Under the pieces are notes generated by a model that had not been told where the DNA came from, searched no databases, and saw only the letters and a list, made by a program, of their open reading frames with translations. A DNA stretch of 64,000 bases from Lentimicrobiaceae bacterium (GTDB taxonomy: Bacteria; Bacteroidota; Bacteroidia; Bacteroidales; JAGNHN01). Positions 47,296 to 57,782 of this stretch are shown here, piece after piece (the stretch's first letter is position 1; the number at the start of each line of letters is the position of its first letter). The DNA lies in the NCBI GenBank assembly GCA_018001695.1, contig JAGNHN010000013.1, forward strand, positions 218-64,217. The letters are read 5' to 3'. Position numbers and translations under genes: made by a program.

Positions 47296-47383
47296 GAATA
47301 ACATTTGCACTTAACCAATTTTGACCAGCTACACAAACATGCTCCCGGAGCAGCTCGATAGAAATGTTTATCTTTACTGTCCA

Positions 47384-49678
47384 ATGATGAAGAACATGAT
47401 AAGAATCGCCGCGCTCAGTTGCATGCTCTGCCTGATATTCCTGTCACTTCAGGCCCAGCCAAAATCCCTGCCTTTGCAAGCACGGCAACTGGATATTCCT
47501 GTATTCAACGAAGCAGGAACTGCTTTAAAGTATCCCTGGGCCGGTGGTGTCAACAGCGTTCAGTTCAATACCATCGACATGAACCTGGACGGGATCCCCG
47601 ACCTGCTGATCTTTGACAGGGCTGGAAACATCATGTTGCCCTTTATCAACCAGGGTACACCGGGAGTGACCGATTATGTTTACGCACCTGATTATGTCCT
47701 CCGTTTCCCGCCACTCCATGACTGGGTTATCCTTAAAGACTACGACATGGACGGCAAAGCTGACATCTTCAGCTATTCCGTAGGAGGACTCGCAGTGTAC
47801 CGCAATGTTTCGGATACCGTTCTTAAGTTCCAGTTGAAGACGAATTTGTTGTTGTCATATTATTATAATAATTATATAAATATATATTGTACTGATGTTG
47901 ATTTTCCTGGTATCTACGATATTGATGGGGATGGCGACCTGGATATCCTGACCTTTTTTGGTCTGGGTTCCTTTATCGAATATCATCAAAACATGTCGAT
48001 GGAGAAATATGGGGTGCCCGATAGCCTCGACTTTAAAATGGTCGACAAATGCTGGGGTCACTTTATGGAAAGCGAAATTTCCAATCTCCTGACACTCAAT
48101 GTTCCATGTCCCTATGGCAAGGAAGATGCCGGAGAAATACTGCAGCTCCGCACTTCCCAGGGCCCGGAGAATATCGAACATGTAGGCTCAACGTTTCTGC
48201 TGATGGATTATAATAACGACAGTGTCGTTGATCTTGTTCTGGGCGATGTGGATTACCCTATGGTTATCTTGCTGATGAACGGCGGTACGAAAGACTCTGC
48301 CTGGATGATCAGCCAGGATACCAACTTCCCCACCATCAACCATCCCTTGCGGCTGATCTCTTTCCCGGTCCCTAGTTATATAGATATTGATAATGATGGA
48401 GTTAAGGAGCTCATGGCCAGTCCGTTTGATCCTAATCCCGGCCTTACCAAGAACCTGAACAGCGTCTGGTTCTATGAGAATACCGGTACCAATAACCAAC
48501 CTCTGTTTCAGTTTGTACAGGAAGATTTTTTCCAGGAGGACATGATCGACCTGGGTGCCGGGGCTTTCCCTGCTGTGGTGGATGAAAACAGTGACGGATT
48601 GCCTGATCTCATCGTTGGCAATATAGGTGTGCACGACTCTTCCTGGTATTCGTTTGGTTTTCTCTATTCTTCCTATCGCGCCAGCCTGGCACTCTATCGC
48701 AATGTTGGCACAGCCACCAGCCCCGCCTTCCGCCTGATTACAAGGGATTATGCCGGGCTTTCTGCCCTGAAAACCCAGGGACTGACGCCAACCTTTGGTG
48801 ACCTCGACGGTGACGGTGACCTGGATATGCTCGTAGGTAAGGATGATGGTACCATCAGCTTCTACAGGAATATCGCCGCCAGCGGTCAGCCCATGCAATG
48901 GAGCCTGGTGACGGATCAATACCAGGGCATCGATATCGGCAGGGCAGCAGCCCCCGTGCTCGTGGATATGGATGGCGATTCCCTTCCCGACCTGGTATCA
49001 GGTAATCGCGAGGGGACGCTTGTCTTTTTCAGGAATACAGGCACCAAAACCAACCCGGTATTTACCCATATCACCGATAGCCTTGGGAAAGTGGATGTGC
49101 GCGACTTTCTCCAGTCCTATTCCGGCTACAGCACCCCGGCCTTCTATCGCGACAGCGCCGACCAGCTTTACCTGCTGGCAGGCTCTCTTTCAAGCCGGAT
49201 TTTCCATTATGGCCCTATCCACCCCGATAGCCTGGATGTTTTCCCACTGAAAAGCACCTCCTTTCAGTATATCTTCGATGGCGACCGCACCGCGCCCTTT
49301 GTTGCCGACCTCAATGACGACGGTCTCCTGGATCTGGTCATCGGCAACCTGAGAGGGGGTCTCACCTTCTACGAAAGCATCGCTTCTGTGCCTTCAGGGA
49401 TCAACGACAACCTGACTTCAGGCTTGGTTCCGCTGAAAGTATACCCCAACCCTGCCCGTGACCAGATAACCATCGAACTTACCTCATCCTACGTTAAAGA
49501 AGCAGAAATTCAGGTGTTTGACATCACAGGCAGACCAGTGATGCAACAGGTATTTCATACCCGTAACATCCTTGACCTGCCCCTGTCCGGCCTCGCGCCA
49601 GGTATGTATGTGATGAGAGCTATGTTTATGACCCCTGCCGGTAAACAACAAGGGGTCGCCTACTTTATCAAGCATTAG
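47384..49678 (+). CDS. FG-GAP/VCBS-repeat (integrin-alpha-like) protein with a T9SS type-A C-terminal sorting domain
   Basis: Repeated Ca-binding-like 'DxDGDGxxD(L/I)' loops occur at least 8 times. Signal peptide from the ATG at 47384. The C-terminus reads 'VYPNPARDQITIEL...GMYVMRAMF'. Confidence 0.8.
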   Translation: MMKNMIRIAALSCMLCLIFLSLQAQPKSLPLQARQLDIPVFNEAGTALKYPWAGGVNSVQFNTIDMNLDGIPDLLIFDRAGNIMLPFINQGTPGVTDYVYAPDYVLRFPPLHDWVILKDYDMDGKADIFSYSVGGLAVYRNVSDTVLKFQLKTNLLLSYYYNNYINIYCTDVDFPGIYDIDGDGDLDILTFFGLGSFIEYHQNMSMEKYGVPDSLDFKMVDKCWGHFMESEISNLLTLNVPCPYGKEDAGEILQLRTSQGPENIEHVGSTFLLMDYNNDSVVDLVLGDVDYPMVILLMNGGTKDSAWMISQDTNFPTINHPLRLISFPVPSYIDIDNDGVKELMASPFDPNPGLTKNLNSVWFYENTGTNNQPLFQFVQEDFFQEDMIDLGAGAFPAVVDENSDGLPDLIVGNIGVHDSSWYSFGFLYSSYRASLALYRNVGTATSPAFRLITRDYAGLSALKTQGLTPTFGDLDGDGDLDMLVGKDDGTISFYRNIAASGQPMQWSLVTDQYQGIDIGRAAAPVLVDMDGDSLPDLVSGNREGTLVFFRNTGTKTNPVFTHITDSLGKVDVRDFLQSYSGYSTPAFYRDSADQLYLLAGSLSSRIFHYGPIHPDSLDVFPLKSTSFQYIFDGDRTAPFVADLNDDGLLDLVIGNLRGGLTFYESIASVPSGINDNLTSGLVPLKVYPNPARDQITIELTSSYVKEAEIQVFDITGRPVMQQVFHTRNILDLPLSGLAPGMYVMRAMFMTPAGKQQGVAYFIKH

Positions 49679-49739
49679 CATTTCTGGTATCCGGGGAACA
49701 AGGGTAAGACACCGACCGACCTGTGAGGTGCCCCCAGCC

Positions 49740-50465
49740 TCAGAAATTCGGCTTCAACGCATATTTCCGGTAGAAGGTCTCTACCACCTCCACCGCTTCT
49801 TCCGGGGTATCAACCAGCCGGAATAATAACATGTCTCCCTGGCTGATCTTCTGCTGCGCCAGCAACCTGGCCTCGATCCATTCGAAAAGCCCACTCCAAT
49901 AGGACTTGTCCACAAGGACAATCGGAAAACGCACCAGTTTATGGGTCTGGATGAGGGTAAGAGCTTCGAACAGCTCATCCAGTGTACCAAATCCACCGGG
50001 TAAAACAATATAGCCCTGGCTGTATTTCATGAACATCACCTTCCGCACAAAGAAATACTCGAAGCTGATCAGCTTATCAGCGTCAATAAAGGGATTAGGC
50101 CGTTGTTCCATGGGGAGCTCAATGTTGAGACCCACGGATTTTCCGCCCGAAAAATGCGCCCCCTTGTTGCCGGCCTCCATGATCCCGGGCCCACCGCCTG
50201 TGATGATTCCAAAGCCTTTCTTGGTCAGCAGGTAAGCGATCTCCTCTGCCATGCGGTAATCCCGGTCACCCGGCTGGCTGCGTGCCGAACCAAAAATGCT
50301 GACACAGGGGCCTATCCTGGCCAGGCTCTCAAAGCCCTGCACAAATTCGGCCATCACTTTGAAAATCTCCCAGGAATCAAAGGTTTTGATCTCATTCCAG
50401 TCCTTAGATATAAACGCCTCCCGGATCTTGTCCTCTTCGTTGCGCTCAGGCTTCTCAGTCATCAT
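49740..50465 (-). CDS. LOG family (TIGR00730-type) nucleotide phosphoribohydrolase
   Basis: 'GGGPGIMEA.N.GA' and 'PGGFGTLDELFE' motifs. Confidence 0.85.
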   Translation of the reverse strand: MMTEKPERNEEDKIREAFISKDWNEIKTFDSWEIFKVMAEFVQGFESLARIGPCVSIFGSARSQPGDRDYRMAEEIAYLLTKKGFGIITGGGPGIMEAGNKGAHFSGGKSVGLNIELPMEQRPNPFIDADKLISFEYFFVRKVMFMKYSQGYIVLPGGFGTLDELFEALTLIQTHKLVRFPIVLVDKSYWSGLFEWIEARLLAQQKISQGDMLLFRLVDTPEEAVEVVETFYRKYALKPNF

Positions 50466-53391
50466 GGTTATTTATTTTTGGGCCTTTCTCCAGCTCATGC
50501 AGGAGAAATTGACCGGTAAAACTGTCTTTTATGGTAATGATCTCTTCAGGTTTGCCTTCGGCGATGATCTTTCCTCCTCTTTCCCCGCCCTCCGGGCCCA
50601 GGTCAATGATATGATCCGCCACCTTAATGACATCCATATTGTGCTCGATGACCAGCACGGTATTTCCCCTGTCTACCAGCTTATTCAACACATCCAGCAG
50701 TACGCGGACGTCCTCAAAATGCAGGCCGGTGGTCGGTTCATCCAGGATGTACAAGGTCTTCCCTGTGTCGCGCTTGGCCAGCTCGGCAGCCAGTTTCACG
50801 CGCTGAGCTTCACCGCCCGACAGGGTCGTCGACGGTTGCCCCAGGCTGATATATCCCAGACCTACATCTTTTAATGTCTTGATTTTCTGAATAATACTCG
50901 GGATGTGTTCGAAGAATACAACGGCCTGGCTGATCGTCATATCCAATACATCATTGATTGATTTTCCCTTGTAACGCACCTCCAGGGTTTCCCGGCTGTA
51001 GCGCATCCCATGGCAGTCTTCGCAGAGCACATGCACATCCGGGAGGAAATTCATCTCGATGATGCGCAACCCGCCTCCTTTGCAGGTTTCACATCGTCCA
51101 CCCTTGACATTGAACGAAAAGCGACCGGGCTTGTATCCCCGGATCTTGGCTTCAGGGGTCTCCGTGAACAGCTTCCGTATGTCATCAAAGACACCGGTAT
51201 AGGTTGCAGGATTGGACCTGGGTGTCCGGCCGATCGGACTCTGATCAATCTCGATAACTTTGTCGATCTCCTTCAACCCGGCGATTTCGCTGTAGGGCAA
51301 AGGGGTGCGTTCCGAGCGGTAGAAATGATGACTCAGCAGCGGATAAAGGGTCTCGTTAATCAGACTGGATTTTCCGCTTCCCGATACACCGGTGACACAG
51401 ATGAAGGTCCCCAGCGGCAGCTTCAGGTCTACATTTTTCAGGTTGTTCCCGCTGGCGCCCCTGAGGAGCAGATTATGGCCGTTGCCATCACGCCGCAGCG
51501 CCGGCACCCCGATCTGCTTTTTCCCGCTGATATAATCGCAGGTGATGGTGTCACAATGGGCCATATCCTTCGGGCTGCCCTGGGCAACAATGTGTCCACC
51601 CATTACACCGGCACCGGGACCAATATCTACTACATGATCCGCCGACATGATCATCTCTTTGTCATGCTCCACCACGATGACAGAATTGCCGATATCACGC
51701 AGTCGCTGCAGGGCTTGGATCAGCCTGCGGTTGTCACGCTGATGCAGGCCGATGCTCGGCTCATCCAGGATATACAGAACACCCACCAGCTGGGATCCGA
51801 TCTGGGTGGCCAGACGGATACGCTGCGATTCGCCGCCCGACAAGCTCCGCGTCGGCCGGTCCAGAGAGAGATAATCCAGGCCGACATCCAGCAGGAAGCG
51901 GATACGGGTCTGGATTTCCCTGAGTATCTCATTGGCAATGCGTTGCTTGCGCTCGTCAAGCCTGTGAAAGACGTCCCCCATCCACGCATGAAGCGTCTGC
52001 AGATCCATCCGCGACAATTCGCCGATATGCAGGCCGTCAATCCTGAAATGAAGGGACTCTTTTTTCAGTCGCATCCCCTGACATTCCGGACAGGCCACAC
52101 TGTTGGTGAAACTCCCCGCCCATTTGAGCAGGTTTTTGGAGTCACCATCATGGGAATGATTGAGGATAAAGTTTACAATGCCTTCAAAATTAAGCGTATA
52201 AGATGTGCTGATGCCGAGCGACTCATTCTTTACCCGGATCATCTCATCGCTTCCGTATAAAATGACATTCAGGGCTTCCTCGCTGAGTTCCCCGATAGGG
52301 CTGTCCAGGGTGAAGGCATATTTCTCGCCAAGGGCTTCGATCTGTTTGAATATCCATGTAGGCCTGTATTCCCCCAGGGGTGCCAGTCCGCCCTTCCGGA
52401 TGCTTTTCCGTTCATCCGGAATGATTTTCTTCAGATCTACCTGTGTAATATTGCCCAGACCGCTGCACCGTGGGCAACTACCATACGGACTATTGAAACT
52501 GAACGTATTGGGTTCAGGCTCTTCATATGAGACTCCGGTTGTGGGGCACATCAGCAGCTTGCTGAAATACCGGACCTCCTGCAATGCTTCATCCAATACC
52601 ATCACCCTTCCCTTGCCCTGCCGGAGCGCAGCCTGCACCGAGGATGCGATGCGCTTGTCCATCCCGCCTGCCACCTGGAAGCGGTCGATCAACACCTCGA
52701 TGTCGTGCACCTTATAACGATCAACCTGCATGCCCAGGCGGAGATCCAGCAATGCCCCATCCACCCTGACTTTCAGAAATCCCTGCTTGCGCACCTGTTC
52801 AAAAAGCTCCCGGTAATGGCCCTTACGCCCTTTCACGAGGGGTGCCAGCAACAGTACATTGCGCCCCTCGTATGTTTCCCGGAGGAGGTCCTGTATCTGC
52901 TGTTCTGTATACCTTACCATGGGCTCTCCCGTATGCATGGAATAGGCATCCGCGACGCGGGCGTACAACAGCCTGAGGAAATCGTATACTTCGGTGATGG
53001 TGCCCACCGTCGACCGGGGATTCTTGCTGGTGGTCTTTTGTTCAATGGCGATCACCGGACTCAAACCGCTGATCTGATCGACGTCCGGCCTTTCAAGGTC
53101 CCCGATAAACTGACGGGCGTAGGCAGAGAAAGTCTCCATATAGCGCCGCTGCCCTTCAGCATAAATGGTATCAAATGCCAGGGAGCTCTTACCGCTGCCA
53201 CTCAAGCCTGTAATGACCACCAGTTGCTGCCGTGGTATCCTAAGATTGACGTTCTTCAGGTTGTGTACCCGCGCCCCATGAATCTCAAGGAAAGCCGGAT
53301 CCTGAACTTCACGCTCATTCACGGAAGTTAGGCTCCTGGGTGCTATTGTGCCTTCAGCTTTCATATCCACGCGGCTTCTGTCATGCTTCAT
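50455..53391 (-). CDS. uvrA: Excinuclease ABC subunit A
   Basis: Two ABC modules ('[12 protein letters not shown]', '[10 protein letters not shown]', 'LSGGE.QR') and zinc modules. The start is ATG 53391 or 53364; the track start at 53538 overlaps the upstream gene. Confidence 0.95.
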   Translation of the reverse strand: MKHDRSRVDMKAEGTIAPRSLTSVNEREVQDPAFLEIHGARVHNLKNVNLRIPRQQLVVITGLSGSGKSSLAFDTIYAEGQRRYMETFSAYARQFIGDLERPDVDQISGLSPVIAIEQKTTSKNPRSTVGTITEVYDFLRLLYARVADAYSMHTGEPMVRYTEQQIQDLLRETYEGRNVLLLAPLVKGRKGHYRELFEQVRKQGFLKVRVDGALLDLRLGMQVDRYKVHDIEVLIDRFQVAGGMDKRIASSVQAALRQGKGRVMVLDEALQEVRYFSKLLMCPTTGVSYEEPEPNTFSFNSPYGSCPRCSGLGNITQVDLKKIIPDERKSIRKGGLAPLGEYRPTWIFKQIEALGEKYAFTLDSPIGELSEEALNVILYGSDEMIRVKNESLGISTSYTLNFEGIVNFILNHSHDGDSKNLLKWAGSFTNSVACPECQGMRLKKESLHFRIDGLHIGELSRMDLQTLHAWMGDVFHRLDERKQRIANEILREIQTRIRFLLDVGLDYLSLDRPTRSLSGGESQRIRLATQIGSQLVGVLYILDEPSIGLHQRDNRRLIQALQRLRDIGNSVIVVEHDKEMIMSADHVVDIGPGAGVMGGHIVAQGSPKDMAHCDTITCDYISGKKQIGVPALRRDGNGHNLLLRGASGNNLKNVDLKLPLGTFICVTGVSGSGKSSLINETLYPLLSHHFYRSERTPLPYSEIAGLKEIDKVIEIDQSPIGRTPRSNPATYTGVFDDIRKLFTETPEAKIRGYKPGRFSFNVKGGRCETCKGGGLRIIEMNFLPDVHVLCEDCHGMRYSRETLEVRYKGKSINDVLDMTISQAVVFFEHIPSIIQKIKTLKDVGLGYISLGQPSTTLSGGEAQRVKLAAELAKRDTGKTLYILDEPTTGLHFEDVRVLLDVLNKLVDRGNTVLVIEHNMDVIKVADHIIDLGPEGGERGGKIIAEGKPEEIITIKDSFTGQFLLHELEKGPKINNHDD

Positions 53392-53398
53392 GCCGTCC

Positions 53399-54322
53399 TT
53401 AGGGCTGATACCAGCGTCCTTCCTCCAATGGCAGCAGGATCGTATAAGGTTCCAAGCCGGGGTGCGGCAGTTTGTTGCTCCGCATCCAGGGGTTGAGTTC
53501 CTTGAGCGCACGGTAGGAGATGCCTTTCGATTGGGCATAGACAGCCAGGTTTTCGATCCCGGTGCTCATCGTTTCCCGTTTTACCTGCAAGGGTTTGTAT
53601 AACCTGTCGGCAGGTATGTCATAACCGTATTGAACCGGGTCTTCAAAGATGGTTTTGATGGCCAGGATGCGATGTATATAGCGGGAAGTCTCAGTGTTTA
53701 ACCACATATCGTAATAACTGCCTGCCTTTTGTTCTGTCTGTGACCTGCGGATGCCCGGTATTCCAGCGTTGTACGCAGCCGCAGCCATGGTCCAGCTGCC
53801 AAAGGTATCCCTGGCTTCTTTCAGATAACGGCAGGCCGCTACCGTGGCTTTTTCCAGGTGATAACGCTCATCCACATCATCGTTGATGCGCAGTCCATAA
53901 GCCTGCCCCGTCTTTTTCAGAAACTGCCAGATGCCTGTTGCTCCCGCGGGAGAGACAGCCGGCAGCAGGTTGCTTTCGATCACCGCCAGGTATTTGAAAT
54001 CATCCGGAACGCCTTCTTCTTTCAGAATGGGTTCAATGACCGGCAGGTAACGATGCGCCCGTTTAAGTAGCATGATGGTCGATGAATGCCAGTGCATATT
54101 GACCAGCAGTTCGCGATCATAACCTTCCGCCACCCAGAAATAGGAGAGGGGCACATCTTCGCCAGCAAAAGCGAGCTTAGCAGGGAGCGGAGGTGCCATT
54201 TCCGGTCCGCTCAGGCCTGTGCGTGTAAGTTGTTGGGAATGCGATGATAGGGCTACCCCCAGCGCAATGAAGAAGAGCAGCATGAGGGCGGGTACCAGGA
54301 TGTTTTTCACACGCATCCTCAT
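53399..54322 (-). CDS. Lytic transglycosylase (SLT domain)
   Basis: N-terminal TM helix and an SLT catalytic region 'AVIESNLLP.AVSPAGATGIWQF', then 'AAYNAG'. Confidence 0.8.
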   Translation of the reverse strand: MRMRVKNILVPALMLLFFIALGVALSSHSQQLTRTGLSGPEMAPPLPAKLAFAGEDVPLSYFWVAEGYDRELLVNMHWHSSTIMLLKRAHRYLPVIEPILKEEGVPDDFKYLAVIESNLLPAVSPAGATGIWQFLKKTGQAYGLRINDDVDERYHLEKATVAACRYLKEARDTFGSWTMAAAAYNAGIPGIRRSQTEQKAGSYYDMWLNTETSRYIHRILAIKTIFEDPVQYGYDIPADRLYKPLQVKRETMSTGIENLAVYAQSKGISYRALKELNPWMRSNKLPHPGLEPYTILLPLEEGRWYQP

Positions 54323-54867
54323 AAAGCAAAGGGTGTTACAAAGTCCTGAAACCCTTGCGCCGCCTGATCTTTGGGAGAGATGACCGGATGCTGTATGCCC
54401 CAGTCGATGCCCAGGGCAGGGTCATCCCAGCGCAGGCTGCCTTCTGCAGCAGGATTGTAATAATCCGTGCACTTGTAGGTGAAAGTTGTATTGTCTTCCA
54501 GGCTGAGGAAACCATGCGCAAAACCGGCGGGTATCCATAGAATGAGGTGATTATCGGCACTCAGCAGGATCTTGAAATGCTGGCCGTAATGCGGGGAGCC
54601 GCGGCGGATATCCACCGCCACGTCCAGGGCCGATCCGCGCACCACCCTGACAAGCTTGCCCTGGGCCGAGGGCGGTCCCTGAAAATGCAGTCCACGGATC
54701 ACCCCGGCGGCCGATAAGCTTTGGTTGTCCTGGACAAAATGCGGCGGAATGCCGGCCGCGTCCAGCAAGGCCTGGTTAAATGACTCAAAGAAATATCCCC
54801 TGTCATCCCGGAATACCCTCGGCTTGATGACCAGCAGTCCGGGGATGGGTGTGGTCTGCAGTTCCAT
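54319..54867 (-). CDS. rfbC: dTDP-4-dehydrorhamnose 3,5-epimerase
   Basis: 'F.D.RG.F.E.F', 'Q.N.S.S..GV.RGLH.Q', 'G.AHGF' cupin motifs. Confidence 0.9.
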   Translation of the reverse strand: MELQTTPIPGLLVIKPRVFRDDRGYFFESFNQALLDAAGIPPHFVQDNQSLSAAGVIRGLHFQGPPSAQGKLVRVVRGSALDVAVDIRRGSPHYGQHFKILLSADNHLILWIPAGFAHGFLSLEDNTTFTYKCTDYYNPAAEGSLRWDDPALGIDWGIQHPVISPKDQAAQGFQDFVTPFAL

Positions 54868-54868
54868 C

Positions 54869-56272
54869 TTATAAATGTATCACTTCACCGTAAGCAGCGG
54901 CCACGGCTTCCATCACCGCCTCCGACATGGTAGGGTGGGGGTGGACGGATTTCAGGATCTCATGCCCGGTGGTCTCGAGCTTACGCGCAACCACCGCCTC
55001 GGCGATCATCTCCGTTACGTTGTCTCCGATCATGTGCGCGCCCAGCCATTCGCCGTATTTGGCATCGAAGATGACCTTGACAAAACCATCTTTCGCACCG
55101 GCTGCGCTGGCCTTGCCCGAGGCCGAGAACGGGAACTTGCCTACCAGTATCTCATAGCCGGCGTCTTTCGCGGCTTTCTCCGTCATTCCGACACTGGCGA
55201 TCTCTGGATGGGTATATGTACAGCCCGGAATATTACCATAATCAATGGGTTCCGGATGATGACCGGCGATCTTTTCAACACAGGTGATGCCTTCATGCGA
55301 GGCAACATGCGCCAGCGCCTGGCCATGCACGATGTCCCCGATCGCATAATAGCCATCCACACTGGTCTTGTAATAGGCGTCAACCTTGACCTTGCCGTTT
55401 TCCAGGGCAATGCCGACCTCTTCCAGTCCCAAGTCCTCGAGGTTAGGCGTGATGCCGACAGCCGATAACACAATATCCGCTTCTACCAGCTCTTCTCCCT
55501 TCTTCGTTTTGATCGTCACCTGGCAGGTCTTTCCGCTGGTGTCTACCTTCTCAACCGTGCTGGAAGTCATGACTTTCATGCCCATCTTCTTGAAAGAGCG
55601 TTCCAGCTGTTTGGAAACCTCTTCGTCTTCCAGAGGAACGACATTGGGCATAAATTCCACCAGGGTTACCTGGGTCCCAATGCTTTGGTAGAAATAGGCA
55701 AACTCGGAGCCAATGGCGCCTGATCCCACCACGACCATGCTTTTCGGTTGTTTGGGCAGGGTCATCGCTTCCCGGTAACCTATAACTTTTTGGCCGTCCT
55801 GTGGCAGGTTCGGAAGAACCCGTGAGCGGGCTCCTGTTGCCAGAATGATATGGTCTGCAGTATAAACCGTCTCTTTTTTGTCCTGGCCTGTCACCACCAC
55901 CTGCCTGCCCGGCCTGATCTTTCCCTTCCCCTCAAGGACGTCGATATTGTTCTTTTTCATCAGGAATTGTATTCCCTTGCTCATCCCTGCCGCCACTTCA
56001 CGGCTGCGGGCTACCATGGCTGTGATATCCGCCCTGGGCTCTCCGGCACCTGTCACTCCATAATCCTGGGCGTGCTTCAGATAGTTCAGCACCTGTGCGC
56101 TCTTCAGCAATGCTTTGGTTGGAATACAACCCCAGTTCAGACACACGCCGCCCAGTTCCGATTTTTCAACCACGGCTGTCTTTTTGCCCAGCTGGGCTGC
56201 TCTGATGGCGGCAACGTAACCGCCCGGGCCGCTGCCAATGACGATGACATCATAATGGGTGTTCTGGCTCAT
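54869..56272 (-). CDS. lpdA: Dihydrolipoyl dehydrogenase
   Basis: 'VIGSGPGGY', redox disulfide 'GGVCLNWGCIPTK', and C-terminal 'HPHPTMSE'. Confidence 0.95.
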   Translation of the reverse strand: MSQNTHYDVIVIGSGPGGYVAAIRAAQLGKKTAVVEKSELGGVCLNWGCIPTKALLKSAQVLNYLKHAQDYGVTGAGEPRADITAMVARSREVAAGMSKGIQFLMKKNNIDVLEGKGKIRPGRQVVVTGQDKKETVYTADHIILATGARSRVLPNLPQDGQKVIGYREAMTLPKQPKSMVVVGSGAIGSEFAYFYQSIGTQVTLVEFMPNVVPLEDEEVSKQLERSFKKMGMKVMTSSTVEKVDTSGKTCQVTIKTKKGEELVEADIVLSAVGITPNLEDLGLEEVGIALENGKVKVDAYYKTSVDGYYAIGDIVHGQALAHVASHEGITCVEKIAGHHPEPIDYGNIPGCTYTHPEIASVGMTEKAAKDAGYEILVGKFPFSASGKASAAGAKDGFVKVIFDAKYGEWLGAHMIGDNVTEMIAEAVVARKLETTGHEILKSVHPHPTMSEAVMEAVAAAYGEVIHL

Positions 56273-56307
56273 ATCTGCAATATTTTTTGGTTTTTCCTGT
56301 GAACCTG

Positions 56308-56315
56308 CAAAGGTA
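56308..56315 (-). promoter_or_regulatory. Bacteroidota -7 promoter box (TACCTTTG) for lpdA and downstream genes
   Basis: The plus strand reads CAAAGGTA, 35 nt upstream of the lpdA ATG. Confidence 0.55.
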
Positions 56316-56477
56316 AGGATTTATTCCCTCCGGGAATCAGCCCTGCTGATATCCCGTCCCTGAGCTTCCTTCTCATTGGCCTGGGCTTCCTCTGTTTTGC
56401 TTATTTAGAAAGAATAAAAATTGATGCGTTTCGCCCATGGTCAGGCATTCAGTTATCTGCCATGGAAAAGGGTTCGT

Positions 56478-56485
56478 TACCTTTG
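56478..56485 (+). promoter_or_regulatory. Bacteroidota -7 promoter box (TACCTTTG) for the PLP enzyme gene
   Basis: Exact TACCTTTG on the plus strand, 58 nt upstream of the ATG at 56544. Confidence 0.55.
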
Positions 56486-56543
56486 TCCAGGGCCTCTTGC
56501 CCTTGATTTGTATGTTACAACATTATATAAAAATCCAAACGAC

Positions 56544-57743
56544 ATGAAAAGTGATCCGGCATCAAGACTGCAGGACCTGCTGCAGTTCGGCGAATTCGGG
56601 GGCGTGAACCCAGACATCACCGATTCATCCACCTTTACATTCATGACCGCCGAGGCGATGGAAGACACCTTCCATGGCGAGGCCGAAGGCTGCTTCCTCT
56701 ACAGCCGCCATTGGAACCCCTCCAATAAGTACCTGGCCGATGCCATGGCTGCCATGGAAGGCACCGAGGCCGGCTGGGTCACCGCATCCGGGATGGCCGC
56801 CATTACCACCGTGATCCTCCACTATTGCAACGCCGGAGATCATATCGTATCCAGCGTGACAACATACGGAGGCACTTACGCTTTCTTCAAGAACTACCTG
56901 CCCAAGTTCAATATCGAAGTGACCTTCGTCAATATCGAAGACCTTGGCGCTGTGGAACGTGCCATCCGCCCCAATACCCGACTGGTCTATACCGAGACCA
57001 TGACCAACCCCCTGCTGCAAATCTCCGACCTGCCCCGCCTCTCGGCACTGACACGCCTGAACGGCATCAAACTGGTCGTCGACAATACCTTCACACCCAT
57101 GATGGTATCCCCCTTCCGCTTCGGGGCCGATATCGTGGTCTATTCCATGACGAAATTCATCAACGGCAAGAACGATTGCGTAGCCGGCGCCATCTGCGGG
57201 GATGCCTCACTCATCAACGAGATCGTCGACGTTAACAAAGGCACCGCCATGCTCCTGGGGCCTGTCCTTGACCCCCTGCGCTCTTCGTCCATCCTCAAAA
57301 ACCTGCATACCCTGCATATCCGCATGCGGCAGCATAGCGAAAACGCCATGGTGGTAGCAACGCGACTGAAAGAACTGGGGATTAAAGTGAATTATCCTGG
57401 ACTTCCGGAACACCGTGGCCATGCACTGCTGCGTTCCATGCTCAACGATGGCTACGGCTACGGAGGCATGGTTGCCATCGACATGGGTACCAGCGAGAAA
57501 GCCAACCGCCTCATGGAAATGATGGAAGCCGAAGGCGTGGGGTACCTCGCCGTGAGCCTGGGTTATTTCAAAACTCTCTTCAGCTGCTCAGGCAAAAGTA
57601 CATCTTCAGAAGTGCCCGAGGACGTTCAGCGCGAAATGGGTCTCAGCGAGGGCCTGATCCGCTTCTCTGTTGGTCTTGATAATGACATTCAGCGCAGTGT
57701 GGAGAAAATCCAGTATTGCCTGGAGACGCTCAAGTATATCTAA
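56544..57743 (+). CDS. Cys/Met-metabolism PLP-dependent enzyme (methionine gamma-lyase / O-acylhomoserine sulfhydrylase-like)
   Basis: 'YSRHWNPS', and the PLP-lysine context 'VYSMTKFINGKND'. ATG at 56544; the track start at 56421 is an upstream extension. Confidence 0.8.
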   Translation: MKSDPASRLQDLLQFGEFGGVNPDITDSSTFTFMTAEAMEDTFHGEAEGCFLYSRHWNPSNKYLADAMAAMEGTEAGWVTASGMAAITTVILHYCNAGDHIVSSVTTYGGTYAFFKNYLPKFNIEVTFVNIEDLGAVERAIRPNTRLVYTETMTNPLLQISDLPRLSALTRLNGIKLVVDNTFTPMMVSPFRFGADIVVYSMTKFINGKNDCVAGAICGDASLINEIVDVNKGTAMLLGPVLDPLRSSSILKNLHTLHIRMRQHSENAMVVATRLKELGIKVNYPGLPEHRGHALLRSMLNDGYGYGGMVAIDMGTSEKANRLMEMMEAEGVGYLAVSLGYFKTLFSCSGKSTSSEVPEDVQREMGLSEGLIRFSVGLDNDIQRSVEKIQYCLETLKYI

Positions 57744-57782
57744 GCGGTAGAAGTATACATCGAACCTGCCCTGAGATAGTTA

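Noticed and set aside
47858-47889. A 32-nt run composed only of A and T inside the FG-GAP gene (encodes SYYYNNYINIY).
   Set aside because: It is in frame and not a simple tandem repeat. It is explained by a Tyr/Asn/Ile-rich loop, and nothing suggests a slippage or insertion site.
53392-53538. N-terminal extensions in the ORF track. Examples: uvrA +49 aa; pyrF 38823..38933; actA 31982..32068; secDF 47249..47290; ilvE 36872..36925; PLP enzyme 56421..56543; purM-like 41140..41205.
   Set aside because: The extensions overlap upstream genes or promoters, often begin at non-ATG codons, and lack similarity to family N-termini. Internal ATGs give canonical N-termini.
56435-56485. A hairpin (CCATGGtCAG...CTGCCATGG) followed by a tRNA T-arm-like element (AAGGG-TTCGTTA-CCTTT) upstream of the PLP enzyme gene. 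I considered a tRNA fragment or a SAM-type riboswitch.
   Set aside because: No acceptor or anticodon arms can be drawn. The T-arm-like piece is simply the TACCTTTG promoter box, so most of this sequence lies upstream of the likely transcription start. I could not find SAM-I core strings by eye. A covariance-model (Rfam) scan of 56273..56543 would settle it.
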